A stretch of 64,000 nt of DNA, taken from Acidimicrobiia bacterium. Its GTDB lineage: Bacteria; Actinomycetota; Acidimicrobiia; Spongiisociales; UBA5794. The notes under the pieces are model-generated. The model was given only the letters and a program-made list of their open reading frames with translations. It ran no database searches and had not been told where the DNA came from. Numbering within the stretch: position 1 is the first letter of the stretch; each line of letters begins with the position of its first letter. Made by a program: the position numbers and the translations under genes. This document shows, piece by piece, positions 48,919 to 59,317 of this stretch. The stretch is from contig JALSQW010000019.1 of the NCBI GenBank assembly GCA_026985095.1, forward strand, positions 6,785 through 70,784, read 5' to 3'.

Positions 48919-50816
48919 CAGTGGGCCTCCTTGGTGATCGGTTCGCCCGCCCACCCCATGAACCCCCACAGGGAGACGATCGCGCCGAGGGCGAGGAGAC
49001 CGAACCCGATGGCGCCCGAGGAGATGAACACGAGGCCGGCTCCGAGGATGACCACACCAGCCGACGCGATGATCGGGAAGTAGGAGGGCGACGGCATGTG
49101 GATGTCGTGCGCATCTGCGTCGCCGTCTTCCCCTCCGGTGTCGGTGTCGACCGTCAACGCCCCGCCGCTCACCTCGGGCATCTTGACGGCTCGCCCGTCC
49201 TCGTCGATCCCGTACTTGCGGTACCAGAAGTCGTCGACGTGGTGAACGACGGGGACCTCGTCGAAGTTGTGCACCGGCGGCGGTGACGATGTGGTCCATT
49301 CCAGGGTCCGACCGTCCCACGGATCGTTGCCGGCCGGCTCGCCGTTGCGCCAACTCCGGATGATGTTCCAGATGAACACGAGGACGCCGACGGCGATCAG
49401 GTAGGACCCGATCGTCGACATCAAGTTCCATCCGTCCCATCCGAGCCCGGCGTCGTAGCGGTACGTGCGCCGAGGCATGCCGTCGAGGCCGAGGATGTGC
49501 TGTGGGGCGAAGGTGAGGTTGAACCCGATGAGCGTGATCCAGAAGTGCCATTTCCCGATCGTCTCGCTCAGCATCTTGCCGGTCCACTTCGGGAACCAGT
49601 AGTAGGCGCCGGCCATGTAGCCCAGCACCGCCCCACCGAACAACACGTAGTGGAAGTGGGCGACGATGTAGTAGCTGTCGTGCTGTTGGGTGTCGGCGGG
49701 CACGATCGAGTGGGTGACACCCGACAGGCCACCGATGACGAACATGGAGATGAACCCGAGGGAGAACAGCATGGGGGTGGTGAGCTTCAATCGCCCACCC
49801 CACGTCGTGCCGATCCAGTTGAAGATCTTCACCCCGGTGGGGATGGCGATGAGCATCGTGGCGAGACCGAACCCGGCTTCGGCGACCGGGCCGAGCCCCG
49901 CGGTGAACATGTGGTGCGCCCAGACACCGAACCCGAGGAAGCCGATGGCGATCCCCGAGAAGACGACGAACGCGTACCCGAACAGCGGCTTGCGGCTCAT
50001 GACCGGCAGGATCTCCGAGACGATGCCCATGGCCGGCAGGATCAGCACGTACACCTCGGGATGCCCGAAGATCCAGAACAGGTGTTGCCACAGGAGCGGA
50101 TCGCCTTGCGCCTGGGCGGCGTAGAACAACGTTCCGAAGTTGCGGTCGAACAGCAACTGCCAGAGGCCGACGCCGATGACCGGCAACGAGAGGATCAGCA
50201 GGAACGAGGTGACGACCGTCATCCACACGAAGACGGGCATCCGCATCAGGCTCATCCCCGGTGCCCGCATCGTGAAGATCGTGGCGATGAAGTTGATGGA
50301 ACCCGCCAGCGACGCCACACCGAGGAGCTGCGCGCCGACCGAGTAGTAGTCCATCCTGACGTACTCGGTGAGCTGGGTCGACAGCGGCGCGTAGCCGACC
50401 CAGGCGCCGTCGGGGGCGCCTCCGAACAGGAAGGACGTGTAGAGGAACAGGGCGCTGAAGAAGAACAGCCAGAAGGCGAAGGCGTTGATGCGAGGGAACG
50501 CCACGTCCCTGGCTCCGATCTGGAGCGGGACGAAGTAGTTCTGGAAGGCGGCGGCGATCGGCATGATCACGGCGAACACCATGGTCAGGCCGTGCATGGT
50601 GAAGATCTGGTTGTACGCCTCGGCCGACAGCACCGTCCCGTTGGGGCCGGCGAGCTGCGTCCGGATCAACAGCGCTTCGAAGCCGCCGACCAGGAAGAAG
50701 ATGAAGGCGGCGACGGCGTACATGATGCCGATCCGCTTGTGGTCGACGGTGGTGATCCAACTCCACACGCCCCGGTCGGCCGCGGCCGGTGCCTGCTCTC
50801 TCGTCGCTACCGCCAT
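48918..50816 (-). CDS. ctaD: Cytochrome c oxidase subunit I (heme-copper oxidase catalytic subunit) with about 60-aa C-terminal hydrophobic extension
   Basis: 632 aa. WITTVDHKRIGIMY, WFFGHPEVYVLILPAMG, HHMFT, HFHYVLFGG. The C-terminal tail PSPSYFPIIASAGVVILGAGLVFISS...LWGFMGWAGEPITKEAH adds two extra TM-like segments. Confidence 0.95.
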
Positions 50817-50841
50817 CGTTCACCTCGTTGGGTCATCGTCG

Positions 50842-51915
50842 TCACTTCCAGGACTCCAGCAGCTCGACGAGCTCGGTGATCTGGTCCGGGTCGAGCCCGT
50901 AGTCGGGCATCCCGAGGACCCGTCCCCGGTCGAGGTCGTTCAGTTCGGGGGCCATGGGCTTGAGGGAGGACGGATCGTCGATCCAGGCGGCGAGATGCTC
51001 GGCGGTGTTCTCGAGGATGCCCGCACCGAAGGTGTCGCGACTCCCGAAGTGGGTCAGATCGGGACCGACCGCGTTCCCGATCGTCTCGACGGTCCCGTCG
51101 GGTCGACGCACATTGGCCTGATGACAGGTGGTGCACACCCCCGAGAACGTCTCGAAGCCCGCGGCGGCGGCACCAGCCGTGGGCATCGGTGCAGGTTCGA
51201 GCTGGCCCGCCGTCCACGCCTCGAAGTCGGCGGGGGCATCGACGTGGACCTTGACCCGCATGTCGGCGTGACCGAGCCAACAGTACTCGGCGCACTGGCC
51301 GGGGATCACCTCGCCGGCAGCCGACTCCAGCGGCGTGATCTTGATGTAGGTCGTCAGACCGGGGACGAGATCCCGTTTCCCCGCCAAGGGCGGTACCCAG
51401 AACGAATGGATGACGTCGGCGGAGGTCATCTCGAGCTCGGTGGTCTTACCGGCGGGGATGTGGAGCTCGTTGGCGGTGATCAGGGGGCGACCGTCCGGTC
51501 CGACGATGTCGGGGTACTCGAACTCCCACCACCATTGGTGGCCGGTCACCTTGACGCGGAGCACGTCGCCGGTTGCGGGGGCCCGCAGCTCGAACAACGT
51601 CCGCAGGGTCGGAACTGCGATGACGGCGAGGATGACCGCGGGGATGATCGTCCACACGATCTCGAGGCGGGTGTTGCCGTGGGTCTGTTTCGGCTCCGAG
51701 TCGTCCCCGGGACGCCGGCGCCAGCGGATGATCGAAACGATCAACGCGATCTGCACGGCGAAGAAGATGACCGTGGCGATCGAGAACACGAGGATCCACA
51801 GGCCGTCGATCTTCTGGGCCTCCACCGACTTGGGGTTGAGCGACGACTGGGGAAGGTTGCTCGAGCACGATGCCAGGACGAGCCCGAGCGCGACGATCGA
51901 CACGATCCGGCGCAT
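50842..51915 (-). CDS. ctaC: Cytochrome c oxidase subunit II with fused C-terminal cytochrome c domain (caa3-type)
   Basis: Lipoprotein-like signal LVLASCSS, two TM helices, a CuA site (HSFWVPPLAGKRD...CAEYCWLGHADM) and C-terminal heme c CTTCHQ. I used the internal ATG at 51915. Confidence 0.9.
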   Translation of the reverse strand: MRRIVSIVALGLVLASCSSNLPQSSLNPKSVEAQKIDGLWILVFSIATVIFFAVQIALIVSIIRWRRRPGDDSEPKQTHGNTRLEIVWTIIPAVILAVIAVPTLRTLFELRAPATGDVLRVKVTGHQWWWEFEYPDIVGPDGRPLITANELHIPAGKTTELEMTSADVIHSFWVPPLAGKRDLVPGLTTYIKITPLESAAGEVIPGQCAEYCWLGHADMRVKVHVDAPADFEAWTAGQLEPAPMPTAGAAAAGFETFSGVCTTCHQANVRRPDGTVETIGNAVGPDLTHFGSRDTFGAGILENTAEHLAAWIDDPSSLKPMAPELNDLDRGRVLGMPDYGLDPDQITELVELLESWK

Positions 51916-52047
51916 CGTCGTCGCGGACCTACGGGCGGGGGTCGTCTGGTTCGATCGGATCACGCTGGCGGGTTCCTGTGGGTGTTCGGCTGGCTGGGAT
52001 GGTAAACGCTGCGGGCGGCGACACAAACCGCGGCCCACGCCGGGTCG

Positions 52048-52890
52048 TCAGCTCAGGGCGGCGTCGAGTTCCCCGGGCCCGAGGGCACCCTCGAAGCGGG
52101 CTCGTACGGTCCCGTCGCCGTCGACGACGAACACCCATGGTTCGGTGGGCAGGTTCCAGGCCAGGACCGCCGGAGCGAGGTGGGCGGTGTCGGGTGCGAA
52201 CCCTGGCTCGCGGAAGCCCTCGTAGACCTCGACGTGCACGAAATCGACGTTCGGATGATCGTCGATGGCCGCCTTGACCTGATCGAGCATCGGGCCGCAC
52301 GCCGCCGTCTGACAGAACGCCGGAGTGGCGAACACCACCACCGTGGGCGTGCCGTTGCCGATCGCATCGGCCAATGACATGCCGTAGAGGCGTTCGTCGG
52401 GGTCGGGATCGGTCGTCAAGCGGTCGAGGGGCAGATCGTCGAGCGTCGGCGAGCCCACGACGGGGGCCGGTTCCCCGACCGCGACCGTGAAGGGTCGGTC
52501 ACGCACGTCGACGACAGTGGGACGGACCGTCGAGCCGTCCTCGGGCGCGAGTCCCACCGTCCATGCCCCGACCTCGTCGAAGTCGACGACCGCCGCGTAG
52601 AGGCCGGACACGCCTGGAACGACCGGGACCCAGAAGGCGTCGTACGAACGCAGGTCGGTCGGATCCGACGGCGGCGCCACCTCGATCTCGACGGGGTCGG
52701 TCTCGGAGCCGAGCCTGGTCCCATCGGGGAGCGAAGCCCCGAGAAGGAGCCGCTGGCGTCCGACGGCGAGGTCGGACGAGGCCCGGACGGTGACGGCGCC
52801 GTGCGGGAACGCCAGATCCCCGCTGGGATCCGCCGACGAGCAGGCGGCAGCCACGAGGGCGAGGACGGTGAGCCAGGCGAGCGACTTCAT
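52048..52890 (-). CDS. Thioredoxin-like-fold lipoprotein, putative oxidase-assembly/Sco-TlpA-like redox protein (function uncertain)
   Basis: Lipobox LVAAACSS. C-terminal domain has TVVVFATPAFCQTAACGPMLDQV (CxxxxC in a thioredoxin-like beta-alpha context). It is the first gene of the oxidase operon. The family assignment is tentative. Confidence 0.5.
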   Translation of the reverse strand: MKSLAWLTVLALVAAACSSADPSGDLAFPHGAVTVRASSDLAVGRQRLLLGASLPDGTRLGSETDPVEIEVAPPSDPTDLRSYDAFWVPVVPGVSGLYAAVVDFDEVGAWTVGLAPEDGSTVRPTVVDVRDRPFTVAVGEPAPVVGSPTLDDLPLDRLTTDPDPDERLYGMSLADAIGNGTPTVVVFATPAFCQTAACGPMLDQVKAAIDDHPNVDFVHVEVYEGFREPGFAPDTAHLAPAVLAWNLPTEPWVFVVDGDGTVRARFEGALGPGELDAALS

Positions 52891-52940
52891 GGTCGGCCAC
52901 GGTAGCGTTGTCCGCTCGCTCTGGTTGCGAGGTTCCCTCC

Positions 52941-53660
52941 ATGCCGATCATCGCCTGGGTCGCCGCCATCGTCGTCACCGCGTTCGCCGCCGCCGTGCAG
53001 GGCTCGGTCGGGATCGGGTTCGCGATCATCTCGGTCCCGATCCTGTCGCTGATCGATCCGTCCCTGGCCCCGGTTCCCCAGATGCTGGTGACCATGTTCC
53101 TGACGATCCCGATGGCATGGCGGGAGCGGAGCCACATCGAGCTCGACGGCATCGCGTGGATCTTGGCAGGACGGGTACCAGGCGCGCTGGTCGGCCTGGG
53201 CCTCCTGCTCGTGGCCACCCAGCGGACCTTGGATGTGGCGACCGCCGCGCTGGTCCTGGTGGCGGTGGCCATCATCGCCTCGGGCTCCCACCTCCGACGG
53301 ACTGCAGCGACCGAGTTCGCGGCAGGCGTGTTCTCGGGGGCAGCCGCCCTGGTCTCGTCGATCGGGGGCCCGCCCCTGGCCCTCTTGTACACCGACGAAG
53401 AGCGTGCCGGCACGGTGCGGGCCAGCCTCGCCGCCGTGTTCACGATCGGGATCACGATCTCGATCGTGACCAGGGCGCTGGGTGGCTTCATCGGCGCCAA
53501 CGACATCCGTGTCGCCGTGATCATCTTCCCGGCCATGCTCGTCGGCTACGCCCTGAGCGGCTCCCTCAAGGAACGAGTCGGGCCGCGCCAGCTCCGGTTC
53601 GCGATCCTGACCTTGTCGTCCGTCGCGGCGCTGGGTCTCCTGCTTCGGGCGTTCAGCTGA
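52941..53660 (+). CDS. TSUP-family (TauE/SafE) anion exporter
   Basis: Repeated 4-TM modules with GIGFAIISVPIL and GGPPLALLYT motifs. I used the internal ATG at 52941. Confidence 0.8.
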   Translation: MPIIAWVAAIVVTAFAAAVQGSVGIGFAIISVPILSLIDPSLAPVPQMLVTMFLTIPMAWRERSHIELDGIAWILAGRVPGALVGLGLLLVATQRTLDVATAALVLVAVAIIASGSHLRRTAATEFAAGVFSGAAALVSSIGGPPLALLYTDEERAGTVRASLAAVFTIGITISIVTRALGGFIGANDIRVAVIIFPAMLVGYALSGSLKERVGPRQLRFAILTLSSVAALGLLLRAFS

Positions 53661-54294
53661 CGAGTCGCTGGGCGAAGGCGGAGACGTCGTCGGGGTTCTT
53701 CTTGAACGTATCGACGAAGTCGCCGAGCGCGGCGCCGAGTTCCCCGAGGGCCCACAGCAGGATCCACGCCATCACGACGAAAGCGACGACGGTGAGGGCG
53801 CCCCGCAGGTAGCCGAGCCACGGTTCGTCGGGGTCGAACAGGATCGAGCGGTAGCGGGCGAGACGATCGAGGGGTCCGGCGGGCACGGCAGCCAGTTCGC
53901 CCGTCTGGGGTGTGACCGCAGCAGTGACCGGCGCGGCCGTGCCGACCGGCATCGGCGGAACGGCCATCGCCTCGGTGGGCCCGTCGAGGAAGGGATCGGG
54001 AGGACCCGGCTGGTCGGGATGGTCCGAAGTGGCGGGAGGAACGATCGAAGCCGTCACCGGCTCGGAGGCCTCGTTCCCTTCGGCGAGCCGGTGGAGCAGA
54101 GTCGCGTCGAGGCCGAGGGCCTCGGCGAGTCGTTCCCGGACCTCGTCCGACGGCATCGACTCGTCACGCTCCCACCGGCGCACCGACGCCGCCGTCCGGC
54201 CGACTTCACCGGCGAGCTGGCCGAGCGAGAGCCGGCGAGCGATCCGGGCGTCACGGACGACGCTGCCGAAGGTGCGGTCGGTTCCGGTGGTCAC
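53653..54294 (-). CDS. XRE-family helix-turn-helix protein with Pro-rich linker and C-terminal TM helix (RodZ-like architecture)
   Basis: N-terminal HTH FGSVVRDARIARRLSLGQLAGEVGRTAASVRRWERDESMP, a Pro-rich middle, and TM helix ALTVVAFVVMAWILLWALG near the C-terminus. Confidence 0.65.
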   Translation of the reverse strand: MTTGTDRTFGSVVRDARIARRLSLGQLAGEVGRTAASVRRWERDESMPSDEVRERLAEALGLDATLLHRLAEGNEASEPVTASIVPPATSDHPDQPGPPDPFLDGPTEAMAVPPMPVGTAAPVTAAVTPQTGELAAVPAGPLDRLARYRSILFDPDEPWLGYLRGALTVVAFVVMAWILLWALGELGAALGDFVDTFKKNPDDVSAFAQRLVS

Positions 54295-54451
54295 ATCGTG
54301 AGGTTATCGGGTCGTGGGAGATGTCCAAGGAGGCCTCTGCCCCCCGGCTCGCGCCATCCCGTCGTCCCGCCGAGGCCCCGAGGACACCGACGAGGGAACG
54401 CACCGGTGGCCGGTTGGTAGCCTGGGCGTCACGATCGACAAGGAGCAGTGC

Positions 54452-56233
54452 ATGGCGGCGACCGATCTGGCGACCCTGCAACGGCAGGCGTGTGACCGCT
54501 ACGGCGACAACCCGCTGTTCGGGACCCGCGCCGAGGACGGGACGTGGAGCTGGTTGACCTACCGCGACTTCGGCGCCATGGTCGAGCGCGCCCGGTCGGG
54601 TCTCGCCCACCTCGGTGTGGGCAAGGGCGACCGGGTAGCCACCATCTCGGACAATCGCGTCGAATGGGCCGTCGGCGCCTACGCCACCTACGGGCTCGGG
54701 GCGGCCTGGGTGCCGATGTACGAGAAGCAGCATCCCTCCGAGTGGCACTACATCTTGTCCGATTGCGGTGCCCGTATCGTGTTCGTCGGCGACGACAAGA
54801 TCCGGATGCGACTCCACGAGCTCCGCGACGACCTCCCGATCGAACATGTCGTCGTCATGGAAGGTCCGGCCGGTGAGGGCGCCATCGGCTTCGAGGAGTT
54901 CCTGACCCTCGGCGGCCCACCGCCCGATCTGGTGCCCGACTCCGACGACCTCGCCGGCTTGATCTACACCTCGGGCACCACGGGTAACCCGAAGGGCGTG
55001 ATGCTGTCTCACGGCAACATCACCAGCAACATCAACGCCCTCAACGAGGTGTTCCCGCTCGAGGAATCCGACCGGTCGGCGTCGTTCCTGCCCTGGGCAC
55101 ACTCGTTCGGTCAGACCGTCGAGCTGCACACGCTGTTCTCTCAGGGGGCATCGACCGGCCTGACATCCGCCAAGACCCTGCTGCGCGACCTGCCGGAGAT
55201 CCGACCGACGATCCTCGTTTCGGTCCCCGCGGTCTTCAACCGCATCTACGACGCCCTCCTCAAACGCATGAGCGACGAGAGCGGCGTGACCCGTGCGATC
55301 TTCAACGCCGCGTTGGCCAACGAGAACCGACGCCGAGAGCTCCACGAGCAGGGCAAGACGACCCGCTGGGTCGAGATGAAGCACGATCTGTTCGACAAAC
55401 TCGTGTTCTCGAAGGTCAGGGACGGTTTCGGGGGGCGCCTCAGGTACGCGTTCTCGGGCGGCGCGGCGATCTCGGGCGAGGTCGCTCGCCTCATCGATTC
55501 GCTCGGGATCCTCGTGTACGAGGGCTACGGCCTGACCGAGACGTCACCGGTGGTGACCGCCAACACCCGCGACGCTCGCAAGCTCGGCAGCGTCGGCCGA
55601 CCCCTCCCGGGGGTTCGGGTCGACATCGACACGGACGCCACGGGCGATCCGTCGGTGGGTGAGATCGTCGTTCACGGACCGAACGTGATGATGGGCTACT
55701 TCGGGCTTCCGGAGGAGAACGCCAAGGTCTTCACCGACGACGGCGGGTTCCGGACCGGGGATCTGGGACATCTCGACGACGAGGGATTCCTGTTCATCCG
55801 AGGGAGGATCAAGGAGCAGTACAAGCTGGAGAACGGCAAGTACGTGGTGCCGTCGCCGATCGAGGAGCAGCTGACCCTGTCGGGCTTCATCAGTCAGGCG
55901 ATGGTCTACGGCGAGCAACGGCCGTTCAACGTGGCGGTGATCGTGCCCGACACCGAGGCCGTGCGGAAGTGGGCCGACGCCGAGGGGATCACGACCCACG
56001 ACCTAGGAGAACTGCTGGAACATCCCAAGGTGCGCGAGCTGTTCGAAGACGAGATCTCCAAGGCGTCCACCAAGATCAAGGGATACGAGCGCGTGAAGCG
56101 GTTCGTGCTGGTGTCGGAGGAGTTCACTCCCGAGAACGGCCTCCTCACGCCGAGCTTGAAGGTGAAGCGTCGATCGGTCCTGTCGACCTACGGCGACGAC
56201 ATCGACCGCCTGTACGAAGACGCGATGCACTGA
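54452..56233 (+). CDS. Long-chain-fatty-acid--CoA ligase (AMP-dependent synthetase/ligase)
   Basis: AMP-binding motifs LIYTSGTTGNPKGVMLSH, YEGYGLTET, GDLGHLDDEGFLFIRGRIKE, plus a C-terminal lid region. AAGGAGCAG Shine-Dalgarno before the ATG at 54452. Confidence 0.9.
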   Translation: MAATDLATLQRQACDRYGDNPLFGTRAEDGTWSWLTYRDFGAMVERARSGLAHLGVGKGDRVATISDNRVEWAVGAYATYGLGAAWVPMYEKQHPSEWHYILSDCGARIVFVGDDKIRMRLHELRDDLPIEHVVVMEGPAGEGAIGFEEFLTLGGPPPDLVPDSDDLAGLIYTSGTTGNPKGVMLSHGNITSNINALNEVFPLEESDRSASFLPWAHSFGQTVELHTLFSQGASTGLTSAKTLLRDLPEIRPTILVSVPAVFNRIYDALLKRMSDESGVTRAIFNAALANENRRRELHEQGKTTRWVEMKHDLFDKLVFSKVRDGFGGRLRYAFSGGAAISGEVARLIDSLGILVYEGYGLTETSPVVTANTRDARKLGSVGRPLPGVRVDIDTDATGDPSVGEIVVHGPNVMMGYFGLPEENAKVFTDDGGFRTGDLGHLDDEGFLFIRGRIKEQYKLENGKYVVPSPIEEQLTLSGFISQAMVYGEQRPFNVAVIVPDTEAVRKWADAEGITTHDLGELLEHPKVRELFEDEISKASTKIKGYERVKRFVLVSEEFTPENGLLTPSLKVKRRSVLSTYGDDIDRLYEDAMH

Positions 56234-56315
56234 GCCGGAGTACCGCCAGGCGCCGGGCCGGAATACCGCCGGGCCTCGATGCGGTTGTCTCGGCGACCGG
56301 AGGGTGGAGGACCAC

Positions 56316-57626
56316 ATGCACGACCGCAAGGCGGCGCTCCTACGCGAGCTCGAGGAACGACGGGCCAGGAGCCATGAGCTGCTGGCGGTCCTCGACGACG
56401 AGACCCTGCACCGACAGTTCGATCCGATCATGTCGCCGCTGGTATGGGATGTCGGACACATCGGCAACTTCGAGGAGATCTGGCTGCTTCGCCGCCTGGG
56501 CGGTCATGCGCCCCACGACCTGCGCTACGACGAGCTGTACAACCCCTTCGACAATCCCCGATGGGTGCGTGGGGATCTCCCGCTGCTCGATCGGGCCGCG
56601 GCCACCGCCTACGCGGCGGAGGTCAGGGGTGAAGCCCGCCACCTCCTCTCACGCCTGGAGTTCGACCCCACCGATCCGCTCCTCCGCGACGGGTACGTCG
56701 TCGGCATGGTCGCCCAGCACGAAGCGCAGCATCAAGAGACCATGCTCCAAGCCCTCGATCTGGCGCCGGACCTCGGACCGTATGCCCTCGCCGCCCGTCC
56801 CCTGCGTCGCCGTGCCCGCGCGGCGGACGACACCGAGCGGGTCACGGTCGACGGCGGGCCTTTCGATCTGGGGACCGACGATACGGCAACCACGTACGAC
56901 AACGAACGGCCTCGACATCGGGTCGAGCTGGCCGGCTTCCAGATCGACCGGTTCCCGGTCACCAACCGCCGCTACGGTCGGTTCGTCGCCGAGGGCGGCT
57001 ACCGGCGCCGGGAGCTGTGGAGTGACGACGGTTGGGCGTGGCGCCAGCAGGTCGATCACGACGCTCCACAGGGATGGATCCCGGAACCGGACGGTTCCTG
57101 GTCGGTCCGTCGCCTCGGTTGGCGCCGACCGTTGGATCCCGCCGAACCGGTGATGCACGTCTCGTGGTTCGAAGCCGAGGCGTTCGCCCGGTTCGAAGGC
57201 GGGCGCCTACCGACCGAAGCCGAGTGGGAGAAGGCGGCGACATGGGGCCCCCGAGCGAATCGGCCGCGACGCTACCCGTGGGGCGATGCTCCGCCGACAC
57301 CCGATCGGGCCAATCTCGGTCACCACGGTTGGGGTCCGGCGCCGGTGGGCTCGTATCCCGCCGGGGCCTCCGCCTACGGGGTCGAGCAGCTCGTCGGCGA
57401 CGTCTACGAATGGACGGCTTCCCGGTTCCTCCCCTACCCCGGCTACCGCACGTTCCCGTACCCGGAGTACTCCGAGGTCTTCTTCGACGATCCCGAGTTC
57501 CGGGTCCTGCGCGGCGCGTCGTGGGCGACGTCGCCGAACGTGGCCCGAGCGACCTTCCGCAACTGGGACTACCGGAAGCGCCGCCAGATCATGTCCGGGA
57601 TCCGACTCGCGTGGGACCTGCGGTGA
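56316..57626 (+). CDS. egtB: Ergothioneine biosynthesis sulfoxide synthase EgtB (DinB_2 + FGE-sulfatase domains)
   Basis: N-terminal DinB_2 (WDVGHIGNFEEIWLL, VAQHEAQHQETM) and a C-terminal FGE-sulfatase-like domain (NERPRHRVELAGFQIDRFPVTNRRY...MHVSWFEAEAFARFEGGRLPTEAEWE...LRGASW). GTGA overlap with egtD. GGAGG Shine-Dalgarno before the ATG at 56316. Confidence 0.85.
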   Translation: MHDRKAALLRELEERRARSHELLAVLDDETLHRQFDPIMSPLVWDVGHIGNFEEIWLLRRLGGHAPHDLRYDELYNPFDNPRWVRGDLPLLDRAAATAYAAEVRGEARHLLSRLEFDPTDPLLRDGYVVGMVAQHEAQHQETMLQALDLAPDLGPYALAARPLRRRARAADDTERVTVDGGPFDLGTDDTATTYDNERPRHRVELAGFQIDRFPVTNRRYGRFVAEGGYRRRELWSDDGWAWRQQVDHDAPQGWIPEPDGSWSVRRLGWRRPLDPAEPVMHVSWFEAEAFARFEGGRLPTEAEWEKAATWGPRANRPRRYPWGDAPPTPDRANLGHHGWGPAPVGSYPAGASAYGVEQLVGDVYEWTASRFLPYPGYRTFPYPEYSEVFFDDPEFRVLRGASWATSPNVARATFRNWDYRKRRQIMSGIRLAWDLR

Positions 57627-58585
57627 GCTTCGAGCTGATCCGCCTCTCCGATCCCGTCGACCATCGGGCCGAGCTGGCCGTCGATGTGAGACACGGGCTG
57701 GGTCGTCGCCCGAAGCGGCTGCCTTCCAAGTGGTTCTACGACGATCGCGGTTCGGCGTTGTTCGAGCAGATCACCGAGCTCCCCGAGTACTACCTGACCC
57801 GCGCCGAGACCGAGATCCTCCGGGCTCGGGCCGATGAGATCGTCGCGACGGTGGCACCGGACGAGATCGTGGAGCTGGGTTCCGGCTCGTCGACGAAGAC
57901 CCGGATGCTGCTCGAGGCGATGCGCCGGACCGGCACCGGGTGTCGCTACGCCGCCATCGACGTGTCCGAGGGAGCGCTGAAGGATGCCGGCTCGAGCCTG
58001 GTCGACGACTACCCGTGGCTCGAGGTCGAAGGCGTGCTGGGCGATCTCGGGAGGGATCTTCCACGGGTTCCGCGCCACGGCCGCCGGCTGGTGATCTTCC
58101 TCGGCTCCACCGTCGGCAATCTCGCGCCGAGGGACCGGCCGGCGTTCTTCCGCACGATCCGGGAGGGTCTCGAGGCCGATGACGCCTTCCTGCTCGGGGT
58201 CGACCTCGTCAAGGACGAGGCCACGATGGTGGCGGCCTACGACGACGCGGCCGGGGTGAGCGCGGCGTTCAACCGCAACGTCCTGGTGGTGATCAACCGG
58301 ACCCTGGACGCCGACCTGCCCATCGACGCCTTCGAGCACGTGACCCGTTGGGTTCCGGGTGCCTCCGCGATGGTCCAGAGCCTCCGTGCCACTCGCCGGG
58401 TCACCGCCAGGATCGGGGCGCTCGATCTCGAGGTGTCCCTTGCCGAGGGCGAGGAGATCCACACCGAGTGGTCCTGCAAGTTCACCGAGGAGCATCTGGC
58501 CGACGAACTCGATGACGCGGGCCTCACTATCGAGCGCTGGTGGACCGACGTGGGGGACCGTTTCGGGTTGGCCCTGATCCGCTGA
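57623..58585 (+). CDS. egtD: L-histidine N-alpha-methyltransferase EgtD
   Basis: LPSKWFYDDRGSALFEQITELPEYYLTRAE...ELGSGSSTKTRMLLEA...FLGSTVGNL are canonical EgtD motifs. Only the 3' 320 aa of the 517-aa track ORF is used. GTG start. Confidence 0.9.
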   Translation: MSFELIRLSDPVDHRAELAVDVRHGLGRRPKRLPSKWFYDDRGSALFEQITELPEYYLTRAETEILRARADEIVATVAPDEIVELGSGSSTKTRMLLEAMRRTGTGCRYAAIDVSEGALKDAGSSLVDDYPWLEVEGVLGDLGRDLPRVPRHGRRLVIFLGSTVGNLAPRDRPAFFRTIREGLEADDAFLLGVDLVKDEATMVAAYDDAAGVSAAFNRNVLVVINRTLDADLPIDAFEHVTRWVPGASAMVQSLRATRRVTARIGALDLEVSLAEGEEIHTEWSCKFTEEHLADELDDAGLTIERWWTDVGDRFGLALIR

Positions 58586-58603
58586 TCGCAGGATCGAGCG
58601 ACG

Positions 58604-59236
58604 TCAGACCGACAGCGTGACCGAGCCGAAGTCGGGGATCTGGACCAGCTCGATGTCTGCGTCGACGGCGAGGCCCATCCCGGCGATGGTGTAGGTCATC
58701 TCCCGACCCGGGCCACTCAGCGGCCAGTCGTGGATCGGGACGACGTACCGGGGGCGAACCAGACGCACCCGGTCCACCGCCGCGGTGACCGAGCCCCAGG
58801 GAGCGACGAAGGGCATCGCCAGGATCGGCATCGTCTCGACGAAACCGTGGCTGTCCCCGGGATGCGACAGTGCCTCGGCGACGTGGAAGCCGGTGTTGTC
58901 GGGTCCGGGACCCATCGGGACGCGCTCGTGAGGTGCGGCGAACCGGGGGGTGCCTTCGGTGACCGCCGGGATCCCTGCCTCGGCGAGAACGCCGGCGAGG
59001 GCCCCGGTGGTCTCGACCACGGCACCGGGGGACCGCTCGAGGACGGCCGCGACCAGGTCGACGGCGACGTGGTCCGCGTGTTCGTGGGTGATGAGGATCC
59101 GATCGATCCCTTCGAGGTGTGCCAGGTCGAGGCGGTCGTCGTTCCACGTGAAGACCCCGGGGTCGAGGAGGAGTCGCGATCCGTCGACCTCGACGAGCAG
59201 GCAGGCATGGACGAGCTTGGTGATGGTGACCTCCAT
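58604..59236 (-). CDS. MBL-fold metallo-hydrolase
   Basis: HEHADHV (HxHxDH) motif and overall beta-lactamase-fold pattern. 210 aa. Confidence 0.8.
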   Translation of the reverse strand: MEVTITKLVHACLLVEVDGSRLLLDPGVFTWNDDRLDLAHLEGIDRILITHEHADHVAVDLVAAVLERSPGAVVETTGALAGVLAEAGIPAVTEGTPRFAAPHERVPMGPGPDNTGFHVAEALSHPGDSHGFVETMPILAMPFVAPWGSVTAAVDRVRLVRPRYVVPIHDWPLSGPGREMTYTIAGMGLAVDADIELVQIPDFGSVTLSV

Positions 59237-59317
59237 GCCCCGAATCTACCGCAGGACCTCGGGCGAACCGGCCGCGGGCCCGGTCGCTGCCTCACCAGGC
59301 GCGAAACGACGCCATGT

